A stretch of DNA of 41,300 nt from Candidatus Hermodarchaeota archaeon (GCA_048885525.1 JBHLLP010000005.1:78345-119644); one strand, 5' to 3'. Shown: positions 1 through 10,884, counted from the first letter of the stretch. Made by a program: numbers and translations. Notes: generated by a model from the sequence alone, not told the origin.

Positions 1-224
1 AAGGAATACAAAGTTATCTAGAAAGTCTAAAAATATTCAATTAACTAAAATAGGAACAATAAATTAAAGTAGTAAAGAATATTATAGATGAACTCAATAG
101 GAAATTAAAAAAATAAAACTTGAAAAAAGATTTCTCTTAGTTTTATGGTAATAAAATTTTAATGTAATTAATTGTATTTTAAAATAAATTTTAAGTGATT
201 TAGGGAAAAAGTGGATAGCCTCCA

Positions 225-1796
225 TTGAAGTTTAAAACTGATTTCTTAATTATTGGAAGTGGAATATCTGGACTTTCTTTAGCATTAAAAATTTCTAATT
301 CAGTACCAGATGGAAATATCTTATTGATAACAAAAGAGAGCTTGCACGAAAGTAGTACTTTCCATGCTCAAGGGGGTATTGCTTGTGTGTGGGATGATAA
401 TGATAGTTTTGAGAAGCATATCCATGATACATTGATAGCAGGAGATGGTTTATGTGATAAGAAGGTTGTAAAAGCAATTATTACTCAAGCCCCTGAAAGA
501 ATACAAGATTTAATAGATTTAGGTGTAGAATTTACACGCAATGGTAATGGAGATTATGATTTAGGGCAAGAAGGCGGTCATTCTCAAAGAAGAGTACTTC
601 ATGTGAATGATCAAACGGGGCAAAGTATTGAGCAAAACCTTATCGAAAATGTAAAAGCATTAAAAAATATTGAAATAAAAGAATACTGGTGTGCTGTTAA
701 CCTATATGCAGAGAATTTCAAATGTTATGGTGCTTATGTATTAGACCAAGAAACTAGTGAGATCCATAACATTGCTGCAAAAGCTACAATATTAGCAACT
801 GGGGGTACAGGTAAGATATATCTCTATACTACTAATCCAGATATTTCATCAGGAGATGGTATTGCTATGGCTTATCGTGCGGGATGTTCAATTTCAAATA
901 TGGAATTTATTCAATTTCACCCTACTTGCCTTTACCATCCGTTCGCGAAAAATTTCTTAATTACAGAAGCAATGCGTGGGGAAGGAGCAATTTTAAAAGA
1001 TATTAAGGGTAATGAATTTATGGAAAAGTATCATCCTATGAAAGAGTTAGCATCTAGGGATATTGTTTCAAGAGCAATTGATGCGGAATTGAAAAAATCT
1101 GGAGATGATTATGTATTACTAGACATTGCCTCATATAAAAACCCCGCATTCATTACTAGCCATTTTCCTGGAATATATGAAGAGTGTTTGAAATTTACCA
1201 TTGATATTACTAAAGATCCCATCCCTGTAGTCCCTGCTGCTCATTACTGCTGCGGTGGTGTCATAGCGGGGATTGATGGGACAACAGAGGTTAAAAACTT
1301 ATATGCCATAGGTGAATCTTCTTGTACAGGTTTACATGGAGCTAATAGGTTAGCAAGCAATTCATTGTTAGAAGGATTAGTCAATGCCCATGAATGTAGT
1401 ATTACACTTAAGAATAGAATTTCTAATTTAAAAGTAAAAGAATTTCCCGAATGGGAACCGGGCAATGCAGTCCCATCTACAGAAGCAGTTGTTATTTCGC
1501 AGAATTGGGATGAGATTAGAAGATTTATGTGGAATTATGTTGGTATTGTTCGTACTGATTTGCGTTTACAAAGAGCAAAGAAGAGAATCAACCTCCTATT
1601 AGATGAAATAAATCAATATTACTGGGATTTTAAAATAGAAAAGAATTTAGTAGAATTAAGAAATCTAGCTACTGTAGCGAAGATTATTATCGTTAGTGCA
1701 ATATCACGAAAAGAAAGTCGAGGAATTCATTATAATTTAGATTATCCAAATAAATCTGATATGAGTAGACCGACTATTTTGAAAAAACCATGGTAA
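225..1796 (+). CDS. nadB: L-aspartate oxidase
   Basis: FAD-binding GSGISG, AQGGIA, EGGHSQRRVLH, MEFIQFHPT, LITEAMRGEG, AAHYCCGG, LHGANRLASNSLLE and RKESRGIHY motifs of NadB; TTG start. Confidence 0.93.
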   Translation: MKFKTDFLIIGSGISGLSLALKISNSVPDGNILLITKESLHESSTFHAQGGIACVWDDNDSFEKHIHDTLIAGDGLCDKKVVKAIITQAPERIQDLIDLGVEFTRNGNGDYDLGQEGGHSQRRVLHVNDQTGQSIEQNLIENVKALKNIEIKEYWCAVNLYAENFKCYGAYVLDQETSEIHNIAAKATILATGGTGKIYLYTTNPDISSGDGIAMAYRAGCSISNMEFIQFHPTCLYHPFAKNFLITEAMRGEGAILKDIKGNEFMEKYHPMKELASRDIVSRAIDAELKKSGDDYVLLDIASYKNPAFITSHFPGIYEECLKFTIDITKDPIPVVPAAHYCCGGVIAGIDGTTEVKNLYAIGESSCTGLHGANRLASNSLLEGLVNAHECSITLKNRISNLKVKEFPEWEPGNAVPSTEAVVISQNWDEIRRFMWNYVGIVRTDLRLQRAKKRINLLLDEINQYYWDFKIEKNLVELRNLATVAKIIIVSAISRKESRGIHYNLDYPNKSDMSRPTILKKPW

Positions 1797-1884
1797 ATTA
1801 ATCATAATTTTTGTTACTATAATTTTATATTATTATACTCATTAATATTGATAGGTTTATTCCTAAAGAAGTTAGGGTATTATA

Positions 1885-2688
1885 TTGAGCATTGGAAAGA
1901 AAATTAGAATAGAAAGAATTATTGATCGGAAAAGTAAAAGAACAATAATAATCCCTATGGATCACGGATTAACAATGGGAACCATTAAGGGTTTAGAAAA
2001 TGTTGCTGAAATGGTCGATAAAGTTGCTTTAGGTGGCGCAAATGCAGTTTTGATGCATTCAGGTATGGTGGGTGCGGGACACAGACAATATGGAAAAGAT
2101 ATTGGCTTAATAATCCATTTATCGGGAGCTACCGATTTAGCCCCTGATCCAAATCGAAAAGTATTAGTTTGTTCTGTAGAAAGGGCTGTAAAAATGGGTG
2201 CTGATGCGGTTTCAATTCATATTAACATTGGTGCAGATGATGAGCCTGAAATGCTCCAGGACGCAAGTAAAGCTGTCGAAACTTCAAGAGAATGGGGGAT
2301 ACCTTTGTTAGCAATGATGTACCCTAGAGGAAAAAAAATTAAAGATGAGAATGATCCCGATGTTGTAAATATAGCTGTTAGGGCTGGTGTAGAGTTAGGA
2401 GCGGATATTATTAAGACAAATTATTCTGGTGATGTTGATTCTTTTAAAGAAATTGTTAAAGGTGTTAGTCATATACCAGTGATAATTGCTGGAGGACCTA
2501 AGATGGATACTATCCCAGAACTTTTTCAAATGGTTTATGATTCAATACAAGCTGGTGGTGCAGGTGTTGCATTTGGACGGAACATTTTTCAATCAGAAGA
2601 TCCTACTAAACTTGTTAGTGCGATTAGCAAATTAGTACATAAGAATTATACTATAGAGGAATTGTTAGAAGAATTCAAATTTACTTAG
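1885..2688 (+). CDS. DhnA-type class I aldolase, probably 2-amino-3,7-dideoxy-D-threo-hept-6-ulosonate (ADH) synthase
   Basis: [24 protein letters not shown] (Schiff-base Lys), AGGPK and [10 protein letters not shown] motifs; [13 protein letters not shown] typical of the aroA' subgroup. Confidence 0.8.
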   Translation: MSIGKKIRIERIIDRKSKRTIIIPMDHGLTMGTIKGLENVAEMVDKVALGGANAVLMHSGMVGAGHRQYGKDIGLIIHLSGATDLAPDPNRKVLVCSVERAVKMGADAVSIHINIGADDEPEMLQDASKAVETSREWGIPLLAMMYPRGKKIKDENDPDVVNIAVRAGVELGADIIKTNYSGDVDSFKEIVKGVSHIPVIIAGGPKMDTIPELFQMVYDSIQAGGAGVAFGRNIFQSEDPTKLVSAISKLVHKNYTIEELLEEFKFT

Positions 2689-2698
2689 AATTTTCATC

Positions 2699-3967
2699 AT
2701 GATGAGAAAAATGACGATTTATATTCTTTTTAATGAAAAACTTGAAGCTCATAATGAAGATCAACAATTTCGGGTTTTAATTTCATTTGAAGACCTCTCA
2801 AATCGGGAAGAATTCATTAAAAAACATAAAGATTTGAATATATTAGTAAATATAGATTTTATACCATCAATTTCTACAATATTAAGTAAAAAGGAAATTT
2901 TAAGCTATGAAAAGGAAAAATTAATTAAACAAATTGAAGAAGACCAAAAGCTTCACTTTTCAATGTTAGAAGTAATAGAGATCTTAAGACTAAATGAATA
3001 TAAAAACTCTCATATCTCATATAAAGGTAAAAATGTGAACGTAGGAATTATTGATGATGGGATAAATAAAAATTTGCCATCATTAATACAGCAGACATCC
3101 CTTTTAGATAAAAATGAAAAAATAGAAAATATAAAGATTCAAGAGAACGAAATTTCGCATGGAACTATAATTGCTAGCATAATTAGTAATCAATTTAAAA
3201 ATGTTGATAAAAATTTTATTGGAATTGCACCAAATGTCAATTTAATTGATTTAAGAATATCTAAATCAAATGAAGGATGCTATTTCTCGAATATTTTAAA
3301 AATTTTTGATAAAATAATTGAAGATAAAATCACTATTGATATTCTTTTACTATCTCTTACTGCAAAAGGACCATCTGATGGAAAAGATATCTTATCATTA
3401 GCTTGTAATCTATTTGTAGATATGGGATTAATAATTGTTAGTCCTGCTGGTAATTTTGGCCCAGAATCTTACACTATAGGAAGCCCGGGTGCCGCAGAAA
3501 AAGTTATAACTATAGGGGCTCTTACCAAAGAACTTACTATACCTAACTTCAGTGGAAGAGGACCAACATTAGACAATAGAAAAAAACCAGATTTATGTCT
3601 ACCCAGTTCAAATGTTGTTGTACCGTTATCGCATAACTTTCGTGTTAAAGTGACTGGTACTAGTGTTTCTGCTTCAATTGGGGCAGGAATTATAGCATTA
3701 ATTAAAGAATATGACCCAAAAATCTCATACACCGAGATAATCGAGCTAATTAAGAAAACAAGTTTAGATTTAAATTATGACTCAAACGCTCAAGGATTGG
3801 GAACAGTAATAGTAAGTGATATCTTTAAGAATCTTGATTTACTTCATGATAAACTAATCCCTTATAACTATCTGGTTAAGAAGTCAATAAAAGTAACTCT
3901 TGAATTAGTAATTTTGTTTGTAATAATATTTTTCTTATTCAATCTTTTTAGAATTTTATTTTACTAA
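2699..3967 (+). CDS. Subtilisin-like S8 serine protease with prodomain and C-terminal TM anchor
   Basis: IIDDG (Asp), SHGT (His), PAGN (oxyanion Asn), TGTSVSA (Ser); FSGRGPT..KPDL; hydrophobic C-terminus LELVILFVIIFFLFNLF. Confidence 0.85.
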   Translation: MMRKMTIYILFNEKLEAHNEDQQFRVLISFEDLSNREEFIKKHKDLNILVNIDFIPSISTILSKKEILSYEKEKLIKQIEEDQKLHFSMLEVIEILRLNEYKNSHISYKGKNVNVGIIDDGINKNLPSLIQQTSLLDKNEKIENIKIQENEISHGTIIASIISNQFKNVDKNFIGIAPNVNLIDLRISKSNEGCYFSNILKIFDKIIEDKITIDILLLSLTAKGPSDGKDILSLACNLFVDMGLIIVSPAGNFGPESYTIGSPGAAEKVITIGALTKELTIPNFSGRGPTLDNRKKPDLCLPSSNVVVPLSHNFRVKVTGTSVSASIGAGIIALIKEYDPKISYTEIIELIKKTSLDLNYDSNAQGLGTVIVSDIFKNLDLLHDKLIPYNYLVKKSIKVTLELVILFVIIFFLFNLFRILFY

Positions 3968-3990
3968 TTTGAAGAGTGAAAGAATAAACT

Positions 3991-4521
3991 ATGTATCTAC
4001 TATTTCATATTGCATTACCATTAATATTGATGGAAATTCCACGAATTAAGCAATTAAGAATCAATAAACTTTCTTTAATAATAGGCTCGATACTTCCAGA
4101 TGTAATTGATAAACCATTAATTTTTTTTGGCTTGGGAAATGGAAGAAATATTTCTCATAATCTATTTTTTATTATATTAAGCTTCTTAATTCTTCATTTT
4201 TCAATTAAAAGAAAGACATCTATCTCTTTCCCATTTCTAATTGGATTAATTTTTCATATAATTCTAGATTTACCTGAAGTTCCATTATTTTACCCTTTTA
4301 TACCTTATGAATTTCCATACATTGATAATCCCATATTATTTTGGTTTAATAAATTATGGACAGATCCATTAGTCTTTATTACAGAATTTATTGGATTATT
4401 CTTCATTGTTTTTATTATAATCAATAATAAATTATACCATACTAAAGATATTAGAAATTATTTAGAAGGAATATATCAACCATCAATTCAGAATTCTAAC
4501 GAAAAGGAAATTGATATCTAA
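3991..4521 (+). CDS. Membrane-bound metal-dependent hydrolase (YdjM/DUF457-like)
   Basis: N-terminal H, GSILPDVID, RNISHN, HIILD and PLFYP motifs; several TM segments. Confidence 0.75.
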   Translation: MYLLFHIALPLILMEIPRIKQLRINKLSLIIGSILPDVIDKPLIFFGLGNGRNISHNLFFIILSFLILHFSIKRKTSISFPFLIGLIFHIILDLPEVPLFYPFIPYEFPYIDNPILFWFNKLWTDPLVFITEFIGLFFIVFIIINNKLYHTKDIRNYLEGIYQPSIQNSNEKEIDI

Positions 4522-4619
4522 GTCTTAAAAATGTTTATATTTATTACTTAAAATTAATAGTTTAATAACTAAAATGTGAAAAATTTAATACATAAACTCT
4601 TCTATTTCTAAATAGTAAA

Positions 4620-5360
4620 ATGAGTCAAAATAAAGTGCTCCATGTAATCGTCGATAATAGAGAGCAGAAATTAATGGCTCTATTGGATAAAAAAAAAGAT
4701 ACCATAACCTATGAATCAAAACAATTAGATATTGCCGATATCGTCGTTTCAAGTGAAGTTGCTATAGAGAGAAAAGAAGGATTGGACTTTGTTTCATCAA
4801 TAATGGATAATAGACTATTTGAGCAATTACTCCGATTAAAAGATACATATCAATATCCGATTTTGATATTGGAGGGCTTGAATGATGAGGTATTTGAAAA
4901 TACTGGCATGAAAATTTCATCAATTTATGGAGCTCTTTCTTTTATATCTTATAAATTAGGGATTTCTGTAATTCCAACGAGAAAACTGGAGGATACTGCA
5001 ATAGTCATTGAGAGAATAGCGTACAGAGAACAAGTAAAAGACAGCACGCCTATTTTTTCAAGAAAAGCACCTAAAGCAATGTCTAAGAAAGAAAGAAGGT
5101 CATTTATAATAGAAGGATTAGCAGATATAGGCGCTAAAAAAGCGGGCACATTAATAGATAAATTTAAAACACCATATGAAGTTTTTAGAGCTATTAAATA
5201 TACTGAAATATTATATACTAAGACAGGAAACCCTAAAGGAATTCGAGGTCCTCTTGAAGAACTTACTGGATTTGGTTGGAAATTTGTAGAGAAGAATCAA
5301 AAGCTTCTGTTTGGTAAAAAGAAAAAAAGTCCGCAGAAAAAAATTAATGATGAATATTAA
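4620..5360 (+). CDS. ERCC4/XPF-family structure-specific endonuclease (short form, nuclease plus HhH)
   Basis: VDNRE, ADIVV, ERKxxxDFxxSIxDxRL and ILEG motifs; HhH-like IGAKKA; possible degenerate PIP box QKKINDEY at the C-terminus. Confidence 0.88.
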   Translation: MSQNKVLHVIVDNREQKLMALLDKKKDTITYESKQLDIADIVVSSEVAIERKEGLDFVSSIMDNRLFEQLLRLKDTYQYPILILEGLNDEVFENTGMKISSIYGALSFISYKLGISVIPTRKLEDTAIVIERIAYREQVKDSTPIFSRKAPKAMSKKERRSFIIEGLADIGAKKAGTLIDKFKTPYEVFRAIKYTEILYTKTGNPKGIRGPLEELTGFGWKFVEKNQKLLFGKKKKSPQKKINDEY

Positions 5361-5366
5361 ATAATT

Positions 5367-6410
5367 CTAAAATTCAATTAGATCTTTTAGTCTAAAGTGC
5401 TGATATTTCTTTTTCTCTTGAAAAGGTGGGAAAAATTTCAGATCTATTTCCTTTCCTTTAATTATTTCTACTAAAGCAGTACCGTTTGTTTGGAATTTAT
5501 TTCCAGTTTCTTGAAACTTTACAAATACTGAATCATCAGAGAGAATTTGAAGTAATCCTTCAGCATTCTTTTCTACATTATAAAGTAATTTGAGACCACC
5601 TTCTAGTCTTTCTTTGGAAAGAGAACCTTCATAGATAGGAAAGTTCTTTGAACCAAAACCTTCTGAAATATAGTGATTCGTATGAAAATATCGATCTGCA
5701 ATATCTGTTCTATAAGATAAATTACCGGTAGTCTCTAGATTTACCGCCACATTTGCTTTTAAAGAGACTACGTTGTAGCTGACCCCACCAGAACGCGGTG
5801 TATGTCTCTGGGCTGCTAAGAGTGAATCTTCAATAGATTTTTGTTCAAATATATTTCGTCCAAGAAAATTACGAGATAACCCTACGCTTTTAGTAGGATC
5901 TGGTAATGAATTACAACAGAAAAAGATTCCGTAAGAGTTAAATCCAAATGCCACCCCTGGCAACATTCCAGGATAAGAATATACTAAAAAAGAGGAGCCA
6001 TTTTCTAATTTTTCAAATAAAAAATATGCATTTTTACCTATAATTGGATGAGCATCTTCATTGTGAGCAATTAATGTTTTATTTTCATATTTAAAGATCC
6101 CTGTTGAACAATCATCAACCCTTGGCATGTGAAAATAATTGTGGATGAAGATGTCATTAAATTCTATTCCAGATCCTTCAGCATACCCTCTAAGTTCTTC
6201 CATATATTGTGGAAAATATTTCTCTGAAATTTTTTTTACTTTTTTTAATCTCTCGGGGTTTTTGTTGTCCCAAACTTTATTAACTTTAAATCCTGGTAAA
6301 TTGTCTAATGTATTCTTTATCCGTTCCTTAAAATGTTGTCCAACTTGAAATCCGATTTCATAATTCGTTCCACTTACCCTTAATACAGGAAGAATTTCAT
6401 GGGAAATCAT
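5367..6410 (-). CDS. C45 family Ntn-hydrolase/peptidase (acyl-CoA:6-APA acyltransferase-like)
   Basis: YEIGFQVG, EELRGYAEG, DDCST (nucleophile Cys), AHNED, GFNSYGI and FHTNHY motifs. Confidence 0.8.
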   Translation of the reverse strand: MISHEILPVLRVSGTNYEIGFQVGQHFKERIKNTLDNLPGFKVNKVWDNKNPERLKKVKKISEKYFPQYMEELRGYAEGSGIEFNDIFIHNYFHMPRVDDCSTGIFKYENKTLIAHNEDAHPIIGKNAYFLFEKLENGSSFLVYSYPGMLPGVAFGFNSYGIFFCCNSLPDPTKSVGLSRNFLGRNIFEQKSIEDSLLAAQRHTPRSGGVSYNVVSLKANVAVNLETTGNLSYRTDIADRYFHTNHYISEGFGSKNFPIYEGSLSKERLEGGLKLLYNVEKNAEGLLQILSDDSVFVKFQETGNKFQTNGTALVEIIKGKEIDLKFFPPFQEKKKYQHFRLKDLIEF

Positions 6411-6636
6411 ATTAAGATTTAATTAATTATATGATTTTTAATTGTATTGAATTGAAATAAAATTAATGATGAATATTAAATTAAATATTTAGAAATAAAT
6501 TCATCTAAAATTGGATTAATATTTAATATTAATAAATTATACTAAACTTAAAAAATTTTAATAGAATTCTTTAACTCTTTTCTTATATCTTTATTAGTTG
6601 CCAAGCTAAAAATGTAGAAGAAGGAAATTTAGGGAC

Positions 6637-7401
6637 TTGATTATTTACCTTTCGCTATTTGCAATATTTTTTTCGAGTATGGTTTATGGCATAATTGGAT
6701 TTGGAGATGCTTTGGTTCTAATACCAATTATAACTTCTATCATAGGAATTAAAAATGCAGTGATTCTGGTAAACATTTGGGGGACATTTCCTGCTCTCTT
6801 AAATTTTATTAAATATCGAAAATTTTTGGATAAGGGATATTTTTTCCGATTTCTTTCATTAGGGATCCCCGCTACAATTCTAGGAACCTATTTAATTATT
6901 AATATAAGTGTAGAATGGATAGAATTATTTCTGGGTATTTTCATTCTTACTTATTCTTCTTTGAAGCTTATTAAATACTTTAAAAATCCCGAAAATATTG
7001 AAGTGAGAAAAGAAATTAATACAACCTCATCTCTCGTTTTATTTGGTGGATTTTCTTATGGTTTACTTACAGGATTGATTAGTGCAGCAGGACCACTTAA
7101 TGTTGCTATCTTAGAAAAAACGGGACATTATAGAGAAAGCTTTATTGAAAATTTCGCGGCAATTGGAACAATGTTATCAATATCAAGAATTCCATTATAC
7201 TTCCTAGGAAATATTTTTCCTTATGATTTGATTTTAGTGTTTTTGCTAGCTTTTCCAATAATTTTCATTGGGGCTAAACTTGGTCAGCAGATTACACCTA
7301 AAATCTCTGTAAGGAAATTCCAGATCATTGTATTTTTATTTCTTTTAGTGATAAGTTTAAAATCTATTATCTCTTCAATTATAAGTCTAATTTATTTGTA
7401 A
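6637..7401 (+). CDS. TauE/SafE family sulfite exporter
   Basis: GIIGFG..LVLIP motif, about 8 TM segments, GAKLG motif; TTG start. Confidence 0.8.
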   Translation: MIIYLSLFAIFFSSMVYGIIGFGDALVLIPIITSIIGIKNAVILVNIWGTFPALLNFIKYRKFLDKGYFFRFLSLGIPATILGTYLIINISVEWIELFLGIFILTYSSLKLIKYFKNPENIEVRKEINTTSSLVLFGGFSYGLLTGLISAAGPLNVAILEKTGHYRESFIENFAAIGTMLSISRIPLYFLGNIFPYDLILVFLLAFPIIFIGAKLGQQITPKISVRKFQIIVFLFLLVISLKSIISSIISLIYL

Positions 7402-7461
7402 TAGAATGATTTTTCATAAATATTAAATATATCATTCTCATCTTATTATCTATTAGAATAA

Positions 7462-7569
7462 ATGGATCCAACTATTATCGTCGTATTAGTTATTGTTTCT
7501 GTAGTTGTAGGAGTCGCAATAATAGCTTGCGTGTACATTTTTATGAAAAAAAGAGTAGCACCAGAATAA
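7462..7569 (+). CDS. 35-aa single-pass membrane microprotein (not in ORF track)
   Basis: MDPTIIVVLVIVSVVVGVAIIACVYIFMKKRVAPE*: one TM helix followed by KKR; AT-rich TATA-like element about 30 bp upstream; T-run downstream. Confidence 0.65.
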   Translation: MDPTIIVVLVIVSVVVGVAIIACVYIFMKKRVAPE

Positions 7570-7575
7570 TACTGA

Positions 7576-7600
7576 ATTTATTCTTTCTTTTTTTTTATTT
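7576..7600 (+). terminator. Oligo-T archaeal terminator
   Basis: Long T-rich tract immediately after the microprotein stop codon. Confidence 0.45.
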
Positions 7601-7690
7601 CTGCTAGAGACACTTTCTATAAATCATAAATCAACAATTCAAATAATTTTAAATATTTTTGAAAATTTTTGTCCAGTATTAGAAATTTAA

Positions 7691-8140
7691 GTGAATAGTA
7701 TGGAAAATCTAAAAATTGGACATTTTTTAATGAATTTTATGGGATTTTATATCTTAATTATCGGCATCTTATGGATATTTGTAACTGAAATCATGTTTGT
7801 GAGTGATTTTTTGTGGTATACGGGTGAAAGCTACCCAAGTTATTTAGCTTCTAACCCCATCTATGCAGAGATCTATATTATAACAAAAAAGTTGATCGGA
7901 TTTGTATTATTAGCGAATGGAATATTGGTTCTCTTTATCAACAATAAGAGTTATAAAAATGGGGAAAAATGGTCATGGTTTGCTCTTTTACTTTCAGGAG
8001 GTTTAACTTGGGGGACATTTATAGGTTATAAAATATTTATTGGTTACTACGGCGGTAGTATGATTACTTTTGTAATTGGAGCGGGACTTCTCGTAGCTGG
8101 TTTAGCTTTCCCATCGAAAGAAATCCTGGGTAAAAAATAA
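7691..8140 (+). CDS. Hypothetical 4-TM membrane protein
   Basis: Four hydrophobic segments; YKNGEKWSWF loop; probable start is the ATG at 7700. Confidence 0.7.
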   Translation: MNSMENLKIGHFLMNFMGFYILIIGILWIFVTEIMFVSDFLWYTGESYPSYLASNPIYAEIYIITKKLIGFVLLANGILVLFINNKSYKNGEKWSWFALLLSGGLTWGTFIGYKIFIGYYGGSMITFVIGAGLLVAGLAFPSKEILGKK

Positions 8141-8267
8141 GTCGAATTTTATAATTTTTTATTTTTTTTAAAAAGAAAGTAATTTCCAAAAAAGTCTCAT
8201 ATATAAGAAACTTAATCATATTATATTCAAAAGAATAATTAAAAGAAATTCATATAGTTAATTAAAA

Positions 8268-9458
8268 ATGCTTGATATTGGCAATATCAGAAATATTTGT
8301 GTTGTCGGAGCAGGTGTAATGGGGCAGGGCATTGCTCAAGTGTCTCTAATGGCGGGTTATAATGTTACTTTAATTGATTTACAAGAAGAAATTGTAGATA
8401 AAGGTTTAAAAAAGATCGAAGAAGGCTTAGAAAAGGTTAAAGCTAAAGGAAAATTGGAGGAAGGTGTCTCTATTGCTGATCTTATGAGAAATTGTACTAT
8501 ATCAACAGATCTGGTTTCTGCTGTTAAAAATGCTGATTTTGTATTTGAAGCAGTTGTGGAAAAGATGGAAATTAAAAAAGAAGTTTGTAATAGAGTAATG
8601 CAAAATTCACCATCCCATTGCATTTTTGCCTCAAATACGTCAACATTTAGAATAACTGAAATTGCAGAAGATTCAAATAGACCAGAACAGGTTCTTGGTA
8701 TACATTTTTTTCTTCCAGTCGCAGTTCAATGCTGCGTTGAAGTAATGAAAGGTGAAAAAACTTCTGATAAGGTTTTAGATGTAGGTGTAGCTATTGGTGA
8801 AAAATTACCTTGTATTAAAGGAAAAAGGCTTTCTGTGCGTATTGAAAAGGAGAGCCCAGGATTTATTGCAAATAGATTATTAATCCCCACCAGTATATAT
8901 ATGAATTGGATACTTGATCAAGCATATGAAAAGGGTATTCCATGGGAACAGATTGATGCTGATGCGGGAGGAGGACAATTAGTCTTCATGGGGCCATGTC
9001 TATTAGCTGATTATGTAGGTATAGATGTTAGCTATAACGGTATGAAAAGTTATGAAAAATATATATCTCCTGATTTTGCTCCAGGTAGAGTACTTACTAA
9101 ACTCATGAAAGAGGGAAACCTAGGGAAAAAGACAGGAAAAGGCTTTTATGATTGGACAAAAGGGAATCCAAAAATAAATTTGAGTAAAAAAGCTGATTTA
9201 TTTAATCCCGAGATTGCTTTAGCAATCGAATTAAACGAGGGTTGTAAACTTTTAGAAGAGAAAATTGTTTCGGGTTATAAAATTATTGATGAAATTGTGT
9301 TAAAAGGAACTAACATGCCTGGACCATTTAGTGCTGGAAGAAGCAATTATGAAAAATGGTCCAAATTATTGGAAGATATCTCAGAAAAAACAGGAAAGAA
9401 TTATCTAAAACCTTGCCAGTTAATGAAATCTGGTGATTTCGTTAAAATGAGAAGATAA
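8268..9458 (+). CDS. 3-hydroxyacyl-CoA dehydrogenase
   Basis: GAGVMGQGIA, EAVVE..K, ASNTST, GIHFF, PGFIANR, MGP..LAD.VGID and LGKKTGKGFY motifs; duplicated C-terminal domain. Confidence 0.9.
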   Translation: MLDIGNIRNICVVGAGVMGQGIAQVSLMAGYNVTLIDLQEEIVDKGLKKIEEGLEKVKAKGKLEEGVSIADLMRNCTISTDLVSAVKNADFVFEAVVEKMEIKKEVCNRVMQNSPSHCIFASNTSTFRITEIAEDSNRPEQVLGIHFFLPVAVQCCVEVMKGEKTSDKVLDVGVAIGEKLPCIKGKRLSVRIEKESPGFIANRLLIPTSIYMNWILDQAYEKGIPWEQIDADAGGGQLVFMGPCLLADYVGIDVSYNGMKSYEKYISPDFAPGRVLTKLMKEGNLGKKTGKGFYDWTKGNPKINLSKKADLFNPEIALAIELNEGCKLLEEKIVSGYKIIDEIVLKGTNMPGPFSAGRSNYEKWSKLLEDISEKTGKNYLKPCQLMKSGDFVKMRR

Positions 9459-9498
9459 TTTTGGGATATTAAATTTATTTAAAATAAAAAAAAAAGGA

Positions 9499-10758
9499 TT
9501 ACAATAATCCCATATATCTTTGAATTTGTGATTGAATGAGAAGTAGTTGGATATTACGTGCGCCACCAATAACTTCCTCAATTTTACTTATATCTAATAG
9601 TTCATCTAAAGGAGTGTTATCAGTAACGGAGATTCCGCCCATATGTTGTTGGACTTCATAACAGATTTCATGGGTAAGTTTTGCTAAGTAGTACTTTCCT
9701 TGAGAGGAAACGCTTGCAACCCACTTTTCAGCATCTTTTGAAGGTTTATCAGCAAATAATATTTTTTCATCATAAATTGTAGCAGCTTGTAAAGCAAGAG
9801 AAACGGCAGCAGTACATTTTGTTAACAAGTCTGCGAGACCATAACCAACACCTTGATATCGAATTACTGGTTTACCAAATTGTTTTCTTAAATTGGTATA
9901 GATAATCCCATAAATTAATCCCGAATAACATATACCAACTCCACTTCCCATAATACTTAATCTCTCAGGAACTAATCCTTCAAAAAGTCTCTTATATCCT
10001 AAGCCATCATCAGCAAGTATGTATTCTTTAGGAACCAACACATTATCTAATATTGTGTGTGATATCTGAACACGTGGTACTGAATTTATTTTTAATCTTT
10101 CAGTTCTTACTCCAAATTCGCGAGCTATAATAGCTTGAACCATCGTATCCCTAGGGTTACCTTCATCATACACACCGTAACACGCAAAGTAATCAGCTAC
10201 GGCACCATTTGTAGTATAGACTTTCTCTCCATTAAAAATAACTCCATCATCGGTTTTTGTACATTTAGTAGTCAGATTAACAGCATCAGATCCCCTTTCA
10301 GGTTCGGTAATACCAATACAACCAATTTTTTCTCCAGATAAAAGCTCATCTTGTACCTTTTGTGGTATATTGGACTCACCTCCATGATCATAATAATGAA
10401 ATGTAGGGTTACCGCATAAAATTCCCGTTGCTACGCGAGCTAGTTCTAATTGCGGATCCAGTAGTGAGATGTGTGTACCTAATAATATTTCCTTTTTCAT
10501 TCCATATGGTTTAAAATCTTTCCAAGGGTTAATTCTTTGTATATAACCATGTTTTCCAAGTTCTGGAAGGAGACCATATACATCCTTTGATTTATCAATT
10601 TTTGGATGCAAATCTAAGCAGAATTCTTGAAGTTTATTACAATATTCTTGCTCTTCATTATTTAGCATTGGAAAAACATTGTCGTTAAAGATTTTGAAGA
10701 CGTTTTCCAAGGACATCTTTTCGAGAATTTGATCATTAATAATTTTCTCTTGAAACAT
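9499..10758 (-). CDS. Acyl-CoA dehydrogenase
   Basis: ITEPERGSD, NGEKVYTTNG, RKQFGKP and QHMGG motifs; PERL together with VIGG suggests LCAD/IVD-type placement of the catalytic Glu. Confidence 0.9.
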   Translation of the reverse strand: MFQEKIINDQILEKMSLENVFKIFNDNVFPMLNNEEQEYCNKLQEFCLDLHPKIDKSKDVYGLLPELGKHGYIQRINPWKDFKPYGMKKEILLGTHISLLDPQLELARVATGILCGNPTFHYYDHGGESNIPQKVQDELLSGEKIGCIGITEPERGSDAVNLTTKCTKTDDGVIFNGEKVYTTNGAVADYFACYGVYDEGNPRDTMVQAIIAREFGVRTERLKINSVPRVQISHTILDNVLVPKEYILADDGLGYKRLFEGLVPERLSIMGSGVGICYSGLIYGIIYTNLRKQFGKPVIRYQGVGYGLADLLTKCTAAVSLALQAATIYDEKILFADKPSKDAEKWVASVSSQGKYYLAKLTHEICYEVQQHMGGISVTDNTPLDELLDISKIEEVIGGARNIQLLLIQSQIQRYMGLL

Positions 10759-10884
10759 TTTTAAGTCAATTTTATAAGTATTTTTTAAAATTTGAAAGAA
10801 TTGATATTAATTAGTCTAAATTTTTTATTACAATTAAATCTTTGAGATTAAAAAGAAGTTAGAAAGAATTTAATGCTAATTTTA

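Noticed and set aside
1-224. Possible 3' end of an upstream gene
   Set aside because: All three plus frames stop within about 66 nt and give no recognisable motif, so it cannot be assigned.
6410-6637. AT-only palindromes in intergenic DNA (also 23340-23480)
   Set aside because: Expected by chance at this extreme AT content.
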